A program made the position numbers and the translations under genes. A DNA stretch of 62,629 bases, counting the filler, from Dimargaris cristalligena (lineage: Eukaryota), in the NCBI GenBank assembly GCA_003614675.1. It is 2 parts of 2 records of this genome, joined end to end, with 100 filler letters (N's around TTAATTAATTAA, not from the genome) between each part and the next. Parts side by side here need not be neighbours in the genome. Positions count along the whole stretch, not along the records: positions 1 to 31,290 come from ML002444.1; positions 31,391 to 62,629 come from ML002445.1. One strand, 5' to 3'. Below are positions 24,222 through 37,251 of this stretch, piece after piece. Positions within the stretch are counted from its first letter, which is position 1. Each line of letters begins with the position of its first letter. A model generated the notes under the pieces. That model saw only the letters and a program-made list of their open reading frames with translations. It made no database searches and was not told the DNA's origin.

Positions 24222-25498
24222 CTATTTGTAGGATTCGGGGAGGTCCGCCAACTGAGCCGCAGCCCGGGCGGCCAAGTGGACTACTTTCCGCTGCTGTTCA
24301 TCGGGGTCCAGGCCCGGGTAGGGCGGGGGCTGGTGGGCCAAGAGGACAAAGGCCTCGGAGATGGCGCCGCTCATCAGCTGGATCTTAAATTTCCGGTCAC
24401 CGGGCCCTGACCCGCGTTCGGTGGATGAACGGAGGGCTTCCATAGCCGCGGCCCCCGCTAGGATATCGGGAGAAAGACTGGCCACGGGATTGTCGATGGA
24501 ACGAGTGAGGCCGCCCGGGGCCAAGTACGCCTGTTGGTGGAACAGGGCCATCTGCTGATAAGGGTCGGCGCTGTGGAAGGGCTGCTGGGAACCGTTGCTA
24601 GTATTGTTCAGGACCTCTTCAATAATCTATTATATAGGGTATGCAGATACAGAGAGAGGGAGAAATACCCGATTGCATGATGGGGAGTGAGTGATATGAG
24701 GGGTCAAAGACAAGACATAGAGCTGGTATAGGGGATGTATTATTGTATCTACAGCATGTTGAATTAGCCACTTACGTTATTGTAAATATGGGATTCGGGA
24801 AACGACGGGGGCGGGCCCTTGGAAAAATGGTCGTCTTTTGTCGGGCTGGGCATGGTGGCCGAAGGGGATTCCCTGTAGGGTTGGGGTTGTTGAGGCGATG
24901 GGTGAAGAGATACCGGGTCAGGCTTGGCAGCCACCGCCCGGTCACTCAGGGCCGCCGACCTGAGCCGGAGTTGGTTCACCACCATTGAAATAACCGGCAG
25001 ACGAGTCAGCAGACCAATGGGGCAGAATCCCTCACTTCCACCACGGTGCCTGAGGTCCTTGCGCAGGTGCCTATCGGACCGTTTCTGGTCCCGTCGCGCC
25101 CACTTATCACTACGCCTTTGGTCCCGGCGGTCCCGCTTATCGCACCGCTTCTGGTCGCGCCAGTCCCTTTTTTGCGCTAATTTCAGGCGCAGGTATTCTC
25201 GCTTTTGGTGTTTGCGACACAGGTTTTCGGTACCCGCTAGTTCATTGATACCGCGACTTTGGTTGGGGATGGAATGGGGTTGCGGCTGGGAGTGGGGTTC
25301 TGCCTCGCCGTCGCTGTCGCTGTCACTGCTACTGCTACTGCTCCCACTGCTGTTGCCATGGTCGCCATGCAAGCGGCAGGCTGGAGTGCACTTCGTATCG
25401 CCGGGGAATTTGTCGGCCGAGCTGGGGTAGGCGCTACGATTCGACCCACTCTGGATGTTGGGGAGACTGTTGGACGACCGTTTGTAAGAACAAGCCAT
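24222..25498 (-). CDS. Hypothetical protein with basic R/D/K repeats (exons 25498-24776, 24626-24222)
   Basis: Two ORFs joined in frame by the GTAAGT..ATAG intron 24775-24627; ACCATGG start context. Confidence 0.6.
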
Positions 25499-26025
25499 GG
25501 TGGATAAATAATTTGACAAGGTGAAATGACCCTAAAATAATCCGCTAAGTAAAAAATAGGAACTTGGTAGTGTCAAATAATGGTATCCGAAATAGAATAA
25601 AGTGGGTTGGCTGGAGCGAGTGATGATAACCGTAAGGTTGGAGAGCAGGACCAGGGTTTATATAGCAAGGGGAAATAACAAGGGGCTGGTCTTGGCGCTG
25701 CTGCAACTCTGGGAAGAGTATTCTATATGGAGTTCCAGAACATCATTATTTACCACCGGGGCATCCTTCTGTAGAATTGCTGGTTGGCCGTGGGTGCATT
25801 TCTCGAAATTCCACCAGTCAGAGCTTGGCGCACAGGGACTTGGCGGACATAAATCCTAATAACTCCTAACTAGTTCGGGCTTACGTACGCTTTCTACTCT
25901 ACCAAAGACACTTGGGGCAGGGAGCCGCAAGTAGGTAAATCATGTTTATTGTTGTACAGGGTCTCCAAATGCGGCAGGGCTGTGCAAGAAAGAGAGGGAG
26001 GGAGAAACCTCATATAATTCCAGTT

Positions 26026-28478
26026 TTAGTAGATTTCCGCACAGTGGACGTCGCCCGTGTCTTGAATCCACTCACACAGACCCTTGAGGAAGGCGTTGTT
26101 CTGGCTCAGAGTCTCACTATCGCCGACCACACACAAGTGCCGCCGGGGGCGCGTGATGGCCACATTCAGCCGCCGGTAGTCCGCCAAGAATCCCACCTGG
26201 CCCTCATCGTTGGACCGCACCAAACTTAGCACCACCGCTTCCTTCTCCCGCCCCTGGAACCCATCCACCGACCCGATTTCCAGTTCAGGGTACTTGCCCT
26301 TGAGCAAAGTAGCCAGCAGGCGTACCTGCGCGTTGTAAGGTGAAATGACCGCCACGTCCTGCGCCAGTACCCCCGCTTCGTCAATTAACAATTCCAGGTG
26401 CCGTACCACCAGGTCCGCCTCGCTCTGGTTCAGCTTGGATTCGGCATCAAGGAAGGCCCCCATAGACCGCGATGCCGGGGTTACAGTGCTGGTGTCCGAC
26501 GCAGGCCGAGCCGCCTCCTCGGCCTGTTCGGGCATATCGCACCCCAGCGTATCGATCATCACCAAGGGTGCCAAGGTATCATCGTTGGACGTCACATGCT
26601 CTAGGTCGGCCAACAGGTGGCTGGCTACCGACGGATGCGCGACTAGCTCCCCATGGTAGAGCGACACTGACGAATAGTGCATGATGGATTCGTGCATGCG
26701 GTACTGCACCTTTAACATGCGCTTAATTGTCGGCCCATACATACTCAACAAACGGTCAAAGAGAGTGGTATCCAATGGACCAGGCGTAAGGCCCGAGAAG
26801 GCTCGGTGGTTCTCGTTTGCGGCGGGTGCTTCAGTTGGCTGTTCCGGCAAAGGGAATTCCGGGAAGTAGGTTAGGGACTTGACGGTCGGTGGAAGTTGTA
26901 AGTGGTCACCAGCCAGGATAAGCTTGGGGCCCTTGAGTGCCGCGATCCAGCACTCCCCCTCCAGCGCTTGGGTGGCTTCGTCGATAATCACCACGTCAAA
27001 GTTTTGGTGGTCCAAGAGCTTGCTTCCCGACCTGGTGGAAATATAATTAGCGGAAAATAATTGAAACATACCATTAGTAGCCAAGTATTATAGAAAAAAT
27101 ACATTGCCAACCAAATAATCAGGTATAGAGCCAGACCCCAGCCTCCTATACTTCCATTCCCAATGGTATTTTACGATCAACCAACCACCGACAACCCTTA
27201 TCGAATCGTAAGACTTACCCATTCAGCGTGGATAGCACCACCCGGCACGACTTTAAGCATTCGGCCACGACTCGCCGCTCGCGGGACTTGAATTCCTGGC
27301 GGAGCTCCTTCAGCTGTCGCGTCAATTCATATTTTTCCCCCCGTTTTTTACATTTGGCGATGCGCGCCAACAGGGCATCCATGTCTTGCCGAACGTCTTT
27401 TAAAAGCAATCCCTGATCGGAATACTTGACCACCACATCGAGGCTGTGGTCCACCAACGATGGAAGTACGCGTGCGGGATGGCCCACCCGCACTAGTGGC
27501 ACACGGGCCTTAACCAGCCGCTCCGCTAGATTATCTACGGAGATATTCGAGGGACCACAGACGAGCACCCGCTTCTCCGTTTTACCCACAATCTGGCGGA
27601 TAATTTCCACGAGGGTGTAGGTCTTACCCGTACCCGGCGGCCCATGGATGAGGGCTACATCCCGGGCTGCTAGAGCGAACCGCACCGCCTGCCGCTGGGA
27701 CTCGTTTAAATTGGAGTCGTACCAGTCAATGGGTATCCGGTCCAATTCCGAGGGGGTGAATTGGAACCGGGTTCGGTCCTGTCCTTCAATGGCAAACCTT
27801 GGCTCCTGGCGGCCCAGGAGGACTTGAGTTAAATAGGACCCATCGATATCCCCGGGATACGAGGCGCCTCCCTGCAGCTTACGGAGTAAATCGGCGGGTA
27901 TCGTTTGCAATCCACCGCTTTTCCCGGGCGTGGGAAGGTGTAAGTCCCAAGGGGCCTTTTGTACCAAAGTAGCTAGGGCCATGATGATGCGTTTAAAGGC
28001 AATGTCATTGGCCAGTTTCTTAATTGTGCAGCGGTCGTTCCAGTCGCCGGGAATGTCATCGGAGGTCGACACCGTGATTTTGGCGTCGCGGCACCGGTAC
28101 ACCACACCTGTGATCACCGCTGCCTGGCTGTCCTTGTTCTTCCCGGAAGTTGAACCTGATCCCGCCGACGGTCCCTTGCTTCTACCCTTGGCGACTTGGC
28201 CGGAGTGGGAGGCCTCGAGGGCCACAATATCACCTGATTTTATCTGGTGGGGGGGGTAGGACGACACCGGCCGACCCGGGCTCCAGGTCCAACAGGGTGC
28301 GGCCACCGAGGCCCGTCCGGAGACTGGTAATGTGGAGACCGATGAGGGCCAGGCCGAGCCTCTGGAGTTGGAGCGGTGACCAATTGTCAAGTATCGCATT
28401 GCTGGTTTCGAGTTCGACCGTACGCTCCCGATTGACAAGGGTGGCCTGATGGGCAATGAGCTGGAATGGGCTTGTCAT
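26026..28478 (-). CDS. HCS1: UPF1-like SF1 helicase Hcs1/IGHMBP2 (intron 27218-27032; apparent +1 frameshift at 28249-28256)
   Basis: GPPGTGKT, DEATQ, LAGDHLQLPPT, QYRM, VDGFQGREKE and RRLNVAITR motifs; N-terminal RTGLGGRTLLDLE typical of IGHMBP2 lies in another frame. Confidence 0.93.
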
Positions 28479-29650
28479 GTTGGGAATAGATTCGGGACAA
28501 GCCAGAAGGGATTACAAATAGGCCTAAAGCGCGAGAAGGTGGTGTGGTGTAAAATTAAGGAAAGGGGAAGAGTTCCGAATGCAAGGCTGGGAATGCGAAT
28601 CTGCAATGTATGTTGCAAATATCACTCGCCCAGTCGGACTTCTTAATAGCATGTTGCATCATGATTGGGCATTATCAGAGGGTTAGCCGAAATACATCAG
28701 CTTCCCTTGTTAAAATTTAATGGCAAGTTTGCTGGGGTAGTCAACCATCATCGGTGAGCTTAAACCTGAGGTATTGTACAAAATGGTGCGAGTCATAAGT
28801 TTAATACCAGTATTAGATCCTCAGTCGGAATGGTAGACTATTCAGTTAGTAATTGCCGTGCCACCCAAAATATATGTCCAACCGCCTATTTGCTAACACA
28901 AAAACTGATGCTCTCTATACGTGGTACGGTTATTTATCCTATGCATATTTTCGATTCGATATGGCTAAGCCATACTAACAACTGTTCAAAGACCCTCTTA
29001 AATACCACAGTAGCATATTATTTATGCTAAAAATTAAGAACATCTTGATTCTACTGAACCATTGCAATGTACAATTCCCCTGGTTTAAATATATTCCCGA
29101 GAAAAGAACCCACCCCACTCCAACATCTACCCACCCATCTATAGAATTCGTTTTAAAAACTTATGATGTCAATAGAGGGGAAAGGAAAAAAATTCTAGTG
29201 CAAATGTGTTTCTCTATCTTTCTCCTTTTATTCCTTCCCACCAGCCGACCCTATTAGTTTATTCATTGTTACTATCAAATATTTATTCCCTGCCGTGTTT
29301 CTTTATACACGTGCACGACGACTTTCGGCTATTATAGACCGTGGACTTGTCCATTGTGCGAAATAAGTATCGCCAATAAAATAACAAACGTCGACGGCAT
29401 CTACTAACAATAATAAGAAGTTTTCGATTTTTTGCCACTCTGGCCATTACCTGTGGTTCATCGTTTCCATTACCTATCCATCGCGTGTGTTGTGACCCAT
29501 TCCAAGTCCCTAAATGGCGAATGTAATAAACACTGATATATTGTTTACTAAGAGCGACTAGACTATGAGAATGAATTAAATAGAAAATGCGCATACGATG
29601 GGATAATAAAAGAAAACTAAAAGGCGGGAATTGGCGATCTAATGAAACCA

Positions 29651-31290
29651 CTATTCTGCAGCAATCTCGTAAAGCATTGTGCGACTCAAGAATCGGCGGA
29701 ATTTAGTAATATCAAATACTAAGGTTCCCCACCTCCACGCCGGCTCGCCCACCTCATTCTGGTCCTTAAAAAGCAGAACCCTTGAAAAGGGGGTAAAGCA
29801 ATTCTTTGGACAAACCAAGAAAAGGGCCACAGAAGTGAAGTCATAGAAAATAGTTATTAACCGTATTTTGGCCACATGGGTACAGGTGCTATTGCGCAAT
29901 TCAAGCCGATTGGGGCCCATGACCTGGGGCGTTGTGTCAGCCAAAGACCAGTCGAAGATGTAAGAGTTGGTAACGGCTCCGGATTCGTAGAGCTCCACCA
30001 GCCGGTGGTCGATCCATGGCCGGTTGAGGGGGTTGGCTTCCATTAGGAATGCCAAGGTGTGCCGCGTGAGACCCGTCAAATGGGCGGAGAGGCTAGCGAA
30101 TGAAAACATCGAGACCTGGCGTTGGGTGGCCTTGTAGGAATCGTAGTAGCGTAGGACCAGCGGGGGTGTAATCCTGCGGAGAAAAGGCGGAAGTCGAAGT
30201 TTGGCGCTGATTATCTTTTGATAAGTCGCTGACATTTTCACCGCATTTTTGAAATTGCGATTATAGGTTCCGAGCTGTTCAATAAGTCCGCCCTGGATAT
30301 AGGGTAGAATGCTAAACACTCCATGTTTCCGTTTCAGAAAACCAAGGATCGGGTACTTTGTGGCCAGTGCCAGGTCACCACCGTGAACCACCAATGCTCG
30401 AGTGGGGTCAGCCTCAGCATTGGTGGGCGAGACACTGGAAAGGTGCAGGTCACCCAACTCCGCCTGGTGGGCGTGTCGAGATGACAACCACTGGAATGAC
30501 ATGATTGGGTCGCTCAAATAGGTCGGTGGATTATCGACAGATGGGTGCAATAATAAATCGTCGTACCCTGCGGGTATCGTCGGTGTTCTATCAAAAACGT
30601 AGCTATAGCCAGGCGAGTGGGGAATGGATGTGACATCGAAGTAATGGGCCCAGGAAATCGGCACATCCTTGTAAAACCTGGCGGGGTCCGCAATTTCCTG
30701 ACTGCTCCATTTAGTTGACTGGTAGAAGGGGCAGCTGGGGTGATCAACCTCCGGGAAGATATAATCATACTGACCCAAGAGCTGCCATAGGATTTTCTGA
30801 GAAGTTGGGTTACTGGTGAACTCGCCACGATACATGGCGATGAGTGGTTCAGGGATAGGTTCAGGGGGCGGCTCGGCGTCGGGTACATCGATAATTATCT
30901 CAAGAGCCTCCCTGGCCTTTTCAAAGATAGTGGGCCTTATCTTGTCAACTGCTGTTTGGAAAAGGGTTATATTAGGAGCGGCACCGGCTTCGTAATTAAA
31001 TATATATTTAATCAAAATCAAAAAATCGTTCATGTTTAGATCCACCTGTTTACCTAGGGATAAGCGATACCTCGAAACTGCGATCTCGACGTAGCGAAAG
31101 ATGGCGGCCTTTAAAAAATGAACGTGGTCATCCGTATCGGTGCGAAGGTCACGGAATAGGTCTGACCGAAACAGCTGTTTGATAATCCAGCGGACGGAGT
31201 AGGGAAGACTGGGCGCCGTGGTCTGGAGTCTTTCAAAGAAGCGGATAATGAATGAAAAATGACTGGCCAGTCGCTCGTCAATAGACTTCT
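29651..31290 (-). CDS. Hypothetical protein, 5'-truncated by the gap
   Basis: The frame stays open from the gap edge (KSIDERLASHF...) to the stop at 29651, more than 540 codons; no recognised domain. Confidence 0.6.
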
Positions 31291-31390
31291 NNNNNNNNNN
31301 NNNNNNNNNNNNNNNNNNNNNNNNNNNNNNNNNNTTAATTAATTAANNNNNNNNNNNNNNNNNNNNNNNNNNNNNNNNNNNNNNNNNNNN
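31291..31390. other. Assembly gap with artificial TTAATTAATTAA stop linker (31335-31346)
   Basis: N runs flanking an all-frame stop linker; adjacency across it is not reliable. Confidence 0.95.
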
Positions 31391-34098
31391 TAGTTATATA
31401 TATATTTCTCATTTCTTATAAACCTCGAATTAGCCGATTTCCTTGCACATTATTTTCAATTCTCTTATATTTCACTTAGTCTATTATTTTCATATTGCTC
31501 TATTTCTTTTTAGTAAATAAATTTGTAAAAAACCACAATGTCTTTCTCACCGCAAAGCGCTTCTACAACCCCACCGTTGGCTCCACTACAATCTGCCAAC
31601 AACGAGATCCCTGATAGTAGTTCGAACCTCCCGCCGATTTTCCCGGCTTTTCCCCCCCCATGACGTAATCCCCGACCTAACCGGTCCACCGGGTCTCGGC
31701 GCTACATCAGTATTCCCGTATTTAGGGAGGATTAGGTAGGCTAACATATTCAAAAATAGGTTATATTATAATTTATTAAGATACTTGGGAGCGAATAGTC
31801 GTAATAAATGATATAACCGAAAACGGACGCAAAATAATATTCAAGGCTGTGCTCATAGTCACACTCGAGGGTATACTCCCCGATTTAAGAAACAAATTCG
31901 GTGGGTTTAAATACACTGCTCATCAAAACCAGGCATAATACCGCAGGAGGTGTCCACACGGTCACCAGTGAAGGTACTTCGTCATTGACAGCATCTGCTT
32001 TTCGATCTGGTCTAGTTATCGGTGGTTACTTTCCACCCACAGCTTTAAGGTGACAGAAGAATGCTTAGTTGGAGCGATGGCAACGCCTCTGTCTTAATAC
32101 GCATGATTAAAGAAATGACCGCACACAATAAAATTGATAAAAACATAGATATCCCCCAATCCTGCACTTTGTAGCAATACAATTGTATGTGACTCGGGGA
32201 AGCTAAGTCCCAATGCTAAAAGAGACTGTGAATCTTGCGCATCAATATAGATGCGTCACCGAGGCCACTCTCACTTTTATTTGCCTCCTCAGCTTCATTT
32301 GAATAAACTACTTCACCACTTCTCATTGTAGGCCAACCTTCCCCCCATTTCCGACACTCCAACCCCTTTTTGCGATTCCACCACCATCAAACCACCTCGC
32401 ACCATGAGCTCATCTCGAAGCCATTCTACCATTCACGTGCTTAGTTTGAGGGAAGAAGAGGCGGCTACAAAGGAATGGAAGAAGAACTCCATGGACCAAT
32501 GTGCTCCTACCATTCGCAGTAAGTTTGGGCAGCACCACTTCCTCCCTGTTACGCAGGGATCAAAAAGACTGGTCGAGGGAGACGATTAGAAGTTGGGGCC
32601 TCAGGGGGTGGCCGTTGATTCTCTTAAGACTGTTCTTCCGAGTGAGCTTCGGCCGAATGCGAACTGATAATACGGGAGCGGGGGGTCCTCTCTCTGTGTG
32701 CCTATTGTACCCTTCTCCCCTAGGCTGACAAGGTACTAAGCATAACGTATGTAACTACAACCAATACCTCTTATCTACTAACCCCATGGGTTGATTTAGA
32801 ATTCGCCGACTGTGCCAAGGGTCGAACGGTATCGGTTGTCTGGGCCTGTCGGGATTTACACAAGGCCATGAATAAATGTCTCAGCCAGCAGTAAGTTATA
32901 TGTGAAATGCCATGTGCTTGTCTGTTTACCGACGACCCGGGCCTTGGTAACAACAAATTGGCGGTAAGATCGATAAGCCCATGTATAGGGTAGACTTAAG
33001 AGCACACTTACTGATGGTAAAATCTGCCTTGGTCTATTCAAATTGGTTCCCATCACAGTTCCACTCCGGAAATGAGAGACGAAGTTCGGAAAAGGCATAT
33101 TGCCCAGAAGAAGGCCGCCGTGGCCGCCGGATCACCTCCAGCGAAGCCGGAATCCACCTAACTTGAGTGGACTTTCTTTAATGGCACCCCCTGATTACAA
33201 TAAACGAGAATTGGTACATTATGATCACCGAAGAGATCCTCTGCTGATAATACATTGTTTAATTGGAACTGCCTCTTGCTCTTAGCCGCCTAGCTAGGTT
33301 GAAATTGTTGGCTGAATACGGGTTTATTAGTTTAGCCCCGTTCAGTTCGTTTGGCTTGACAGAGATACGACCAAGAGGATCCTGGTATAGTTGAGGGATA
33401 ATAAAGCAATGTTCTTCCCCCGGCTCTCGGATCTCAAATACCAATTTGAGGGTGGAAGCCTTCTGTGGTGGTACAGTCACGAGCCGAGTTTCGGGGAAGG
33501 AAGCAGTGGGGATGGTGATTAGTATACACAGTGCATAGGCCGAAAGAACTGCCCTTCATTTATGATAAGAGAGTAGAAATACCGAAATTGCACATCAATG
33601 GTTGACACACTTCGAACGCCTGGTGCAATAGAATATAGAATACAGCAGCCCCAATCTAAGGAGCAACTTGCGTTCATAAACTTAGGAGAGTCGTTGGAGA
33701 GGAGGGTATTTGTTTGGCTGGGCTTATCTGTAATTAGATAACTAACCGGTCGGCAGCCGAACCTGTCCAATGTGATTTCCACCAGCCAATAGATTGGGGG
33801 CAGACGACTTGTTTAGTATGATTGGTAGGCAAGCAAGGCTAGTGAACGTGTCAGTAGAGGGGGAAAGTCCCGCCTTTTCGCTAGCCGCGTTACCTGCATA
33901 GTCTGCGTATGTATATGATGGCCTCGAGTAGAGCCCCAAGCCCAACTGCATAAGGTCTGAGGCTCTTCCCCCACTGACTGCTTTTTCACCTCTCTTACGG
34001 TTGTTTAATACTTCTGTTGCACGTATATTATTAATATTATTCTCATTTCCTTAGTGCTTGGTTACTCTGCACTTGGTCCGAACTAAATCTCCGTCACC

Positions 34099-35860
34099 AT
34101 GTTCCCCATTGCCCAAGCCGCGACCGCCCAGGCCCTCTCAGGTGTAAGTGCATCTCACAGCTTGATTTAGCTTCTCAACGGTCATGTCCCGTCTTTTTTT
34201 AAAGGGGGGATCCCAGCTTAGCCTAGGTCCGACTCCGCCGCTGAGGAATCTGTGCCTTCCAAGGCCAAGGCATACTTTTAGTGGTCTCGAGCCGGCAGGA
34301 ATCCCCCCACTCCTCTATACACCTTACACCACTGCTCCAGAGCGACAAATCCGCTAAATAAGCCATTATGGGGACCTGTTGAACCTGGGGTACCTACGCC
34401 GCCTCTGTATTACCTCCCCATTGACCTCATTCCCCCCTCCCCCTTCTTACACCTTCCCTCTGCCCCGTCTGTTTACTCGACTTACCGATATGGTCTGTAT
34501 ATGTGGATATGGTAGCGCTTTTCCGCCGTCACCCGGCGTCAATTCAGCTCCCTGTCGGCTTTGCTGGTTAGTACTATGTTTATGTCGTTTCCCACCTAGG
34601 CTCCTTAGCGCTTAGTGGTGATAGTAATAGTAGTAGTGAACGGGCCAACTTCCTGGAATAGTATTCGAAGCAGCTCTATATGTCGAGGATGCTAGGTCTC
34701 CTAAACACCCTACAGTTGCTTTAGTCAGTGAGGGGTAGGGCGTTCCAGTCCCCGAATACCTAATCATCCAGTCATCCAACTGGCGCTTCAGCTCCACCCT
34801 GGTCATGGTGACTTCACGCGACACACCGCCTAACCCATAGTTTCAATTTTATCCTGAACTTTGCCCATGCATCTGCCTTTTATCTACTTCCTTCCACCAG
34901 TCTCAGTTCCGTATCGAACAAGATTCGTTCGGTGAGCTCAAGGTGCCTTCGGATAAATACTGGGGTGCCCAGACCCAGCGGTCGTTGCAGAACTTCGATA
35001 TTGGCGGTCCCAGCGAGCGTATGCCCGAACCCCTTATCAAGGCCTTCGGTGTGCTGAAGCGTTCGGCCGCTATTGTCAACATGTCCTACGGACTGGATAA
35101 GAAGGTGGGCGAAGCCATCGTCAAGGCGGCCGATGAAGTGATTGAAGGCAAATTGATGGACCACTTCCCCCTGGTGGTGTTCCAGACCGGTTCCGGTACC
35201 CAGACCAACATGAATGTGAACGAAGTCATTTCCAACCGCGCCATCGAACTGCTCGGGGGCGAGCTGGGTAGCAAGGCGCCCGTGCACCCCAACGACCATG
35301 TCAACATGAGCCAGTCCTCCAACGACACCTTCCCCACCGCCATGCACGTCTCCGCCGTGGTGGAAATCAAGCACTCGTTGATTCCCGCGTTAATCACCCT
35401 GCGCGATGCGTTGGAGCAAAAGTCCGCTGAATTCAAGGACATTATCAAGATTGGCCGTACGCATCTGCAGGACGCCACCCCGCTCACGCTGGGCCAGGAA
35501 TTCTCCGGCTACGCCCAGCAGCTCACCTACGCCATCGAGCGGGTGAAGGATGTCCTACCCCGTCTGTGCAATCTGGCCCAGGGCGGTACCGCCGTCGGCA
35601 CCGGCCTCAACACCCGCAAGGGTTTCGATGTGCGCGTGGCCGATGAGATCGCCAAGGTGACCAAGTTGCCTTTCCAGACTGCCCCTAACAAGTTCGAGGC
35701 TCTGGCCGCCCACGATGCGGTGGTCGAAGCCAGCGGGGCCCTCAACACCATTGCCGTGTCCCTGATGAAGGTGGCCAACGACATCCGTTTCCTTGGGTCC
35801 GGTCCCCGCTGCGGCCTGGGTGAGCTTTCCCTCCCCGAGAACGAGCCCGGTTCCTCCATT

Positions 35861-35892
<32 letters not shown>

Positions 35893-36295
35893 AGCCATGA
35901 CCATGGTATGCGCCCAAGTCATGGGTAACAACGTGGCCATTTCCATCGGTGGATCCAACGGCCATTTCGAACTGAACGTGTTCAAGCCCGTGATGATCAA
36001 GAACCTGCTCCAATCCATTCGCCTGTTGAGCGACAGTTCCGTGTCCTTCACCAAGAACTGCGTGGTGGGTATCCAGGCCAATGAAGCTAAGATTAAGGCC
36101 ATCATGAACGAGTCGCTCATGCTAGTCACCGCCCTGAACCCCCATATTGGTTACGATAATGCCGCCAAGTGCGCCAAGAAGGCCCATAAGGAAGGCACCA
36201 CGCTGCGTGAAGCTGCTCTGTCCCTGGGTCTGCTTAACGATGAACAGTTCACCCAGTGGGTCCGCCCCGAAAACATGATTGGCCCCAAGGATTAA
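34099..36295 (+). CDS. FUM1: Class II fumarate hydratase, mitochondrial precursor (exons 34099-34143, 34516-34566, 34901-36295)
   Basis: [11 protein letters not shown] signature, [19 protein letters not shown]; two mini-exons give [32 protein letters not shown] in frame with [11 protein letters not shown]. Confidence 0.97.
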
Positions 36296-37251
36296 TTTAC
36301 TATGGCTACATACCCCCCACTCTTCTTACGTGAAACCCCCCGAGATTGATCCGTTGGATTAGTCGATTCGAGAGGGGGGTCCTGTAGCTTCCGGTACCTG
36401 TTAATTTCCCTAGCAATATATCATCCCTACTTTCTTATAAATAACTTCTTTCCTTTCTACCGCAATATTGGGAGATTCACCGGGATTGGGTCACTCCTGC
36501 ATTACAGTTGTCTAACGGGAGATTTAATTACTTGGTGTGTATGCGCATTGACTCGAGAGAAATCTCCCTTATTTTTTGAGAAGGCTGATCCAAGACCGCG
36601 CCTAGAATAAAACCCGGTCTAACTGCCCCTCTGCTTTCAATACACCCTTATTACTCGCTTCTCTGCTATCCTAACTATTCCTTGTAAGTTTACTGACTTC
36701 AGCTTAGCCATGCTCTACCAGAATTCTTTAGATAACCCATTTCAAACCAGCCCAATGTCGCCAACTATCGACCCCAGCCATGATACCCAAAGCCTCGCTG
36801 GTTCCCAAGGTAAACAACCCACCTTTAGTATTTTGAAAATACGGAGTATCCTCTAACAAAGCAGCACTGCTGAAGGAAATAGGCGCAGCATCAAACCTTT
36901 ACTAAAGCGCTCGTTGACTAAATGTCGAAACCCTACCATGCCAGTCCAGTGGACAATGGTGCCAACGTAACAGCCAGTGCCGAAGAATGCTTCATGCGAG
37001 CCTGGCGACTGACCGATCGTATTGCCCTACTCGAGCGAATGATGCACTCATCCGAGTGGGCGGACATTGATAAGGTAGCTCTATATAATAATTCTTCAAT
37101 ATCATTGGACAATAACAGTATTTTATAGGAAGGACCGATTATTATTTAGAGCGTGTGGATAATAACTTCATTATCGCGGTTTCGTAATAAATAGGGGGGG
37201 GGGCTATCAAGTCCAACTGGCTCCGTATTGCACTCGATATTTCATAATTGA

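Noticed and set aside
31335..31346. TTAATTAATTAA palindrome
   Set aside because: Artificial contig linker inside the N gap
31538..31740. Short ORF ending CCC-CCC-CCA-TGA as an antizyme-like frameshift gene
   Set aside because: No antizyme similarity and the +1 frame closes after about 27 codons
34880..36129. Long antisense ORFs over FUM1 (and similar shadows over SOF1, UBP2, HCS1, ERV1 and the 2020-aa gene)
   Set aside because: Expected by-product of high GC3 codon bias on the coding strand
36710..37128. Possible small spliced gene
   Set aside because: Candidate splice junctions run into stops and no motif was recognised
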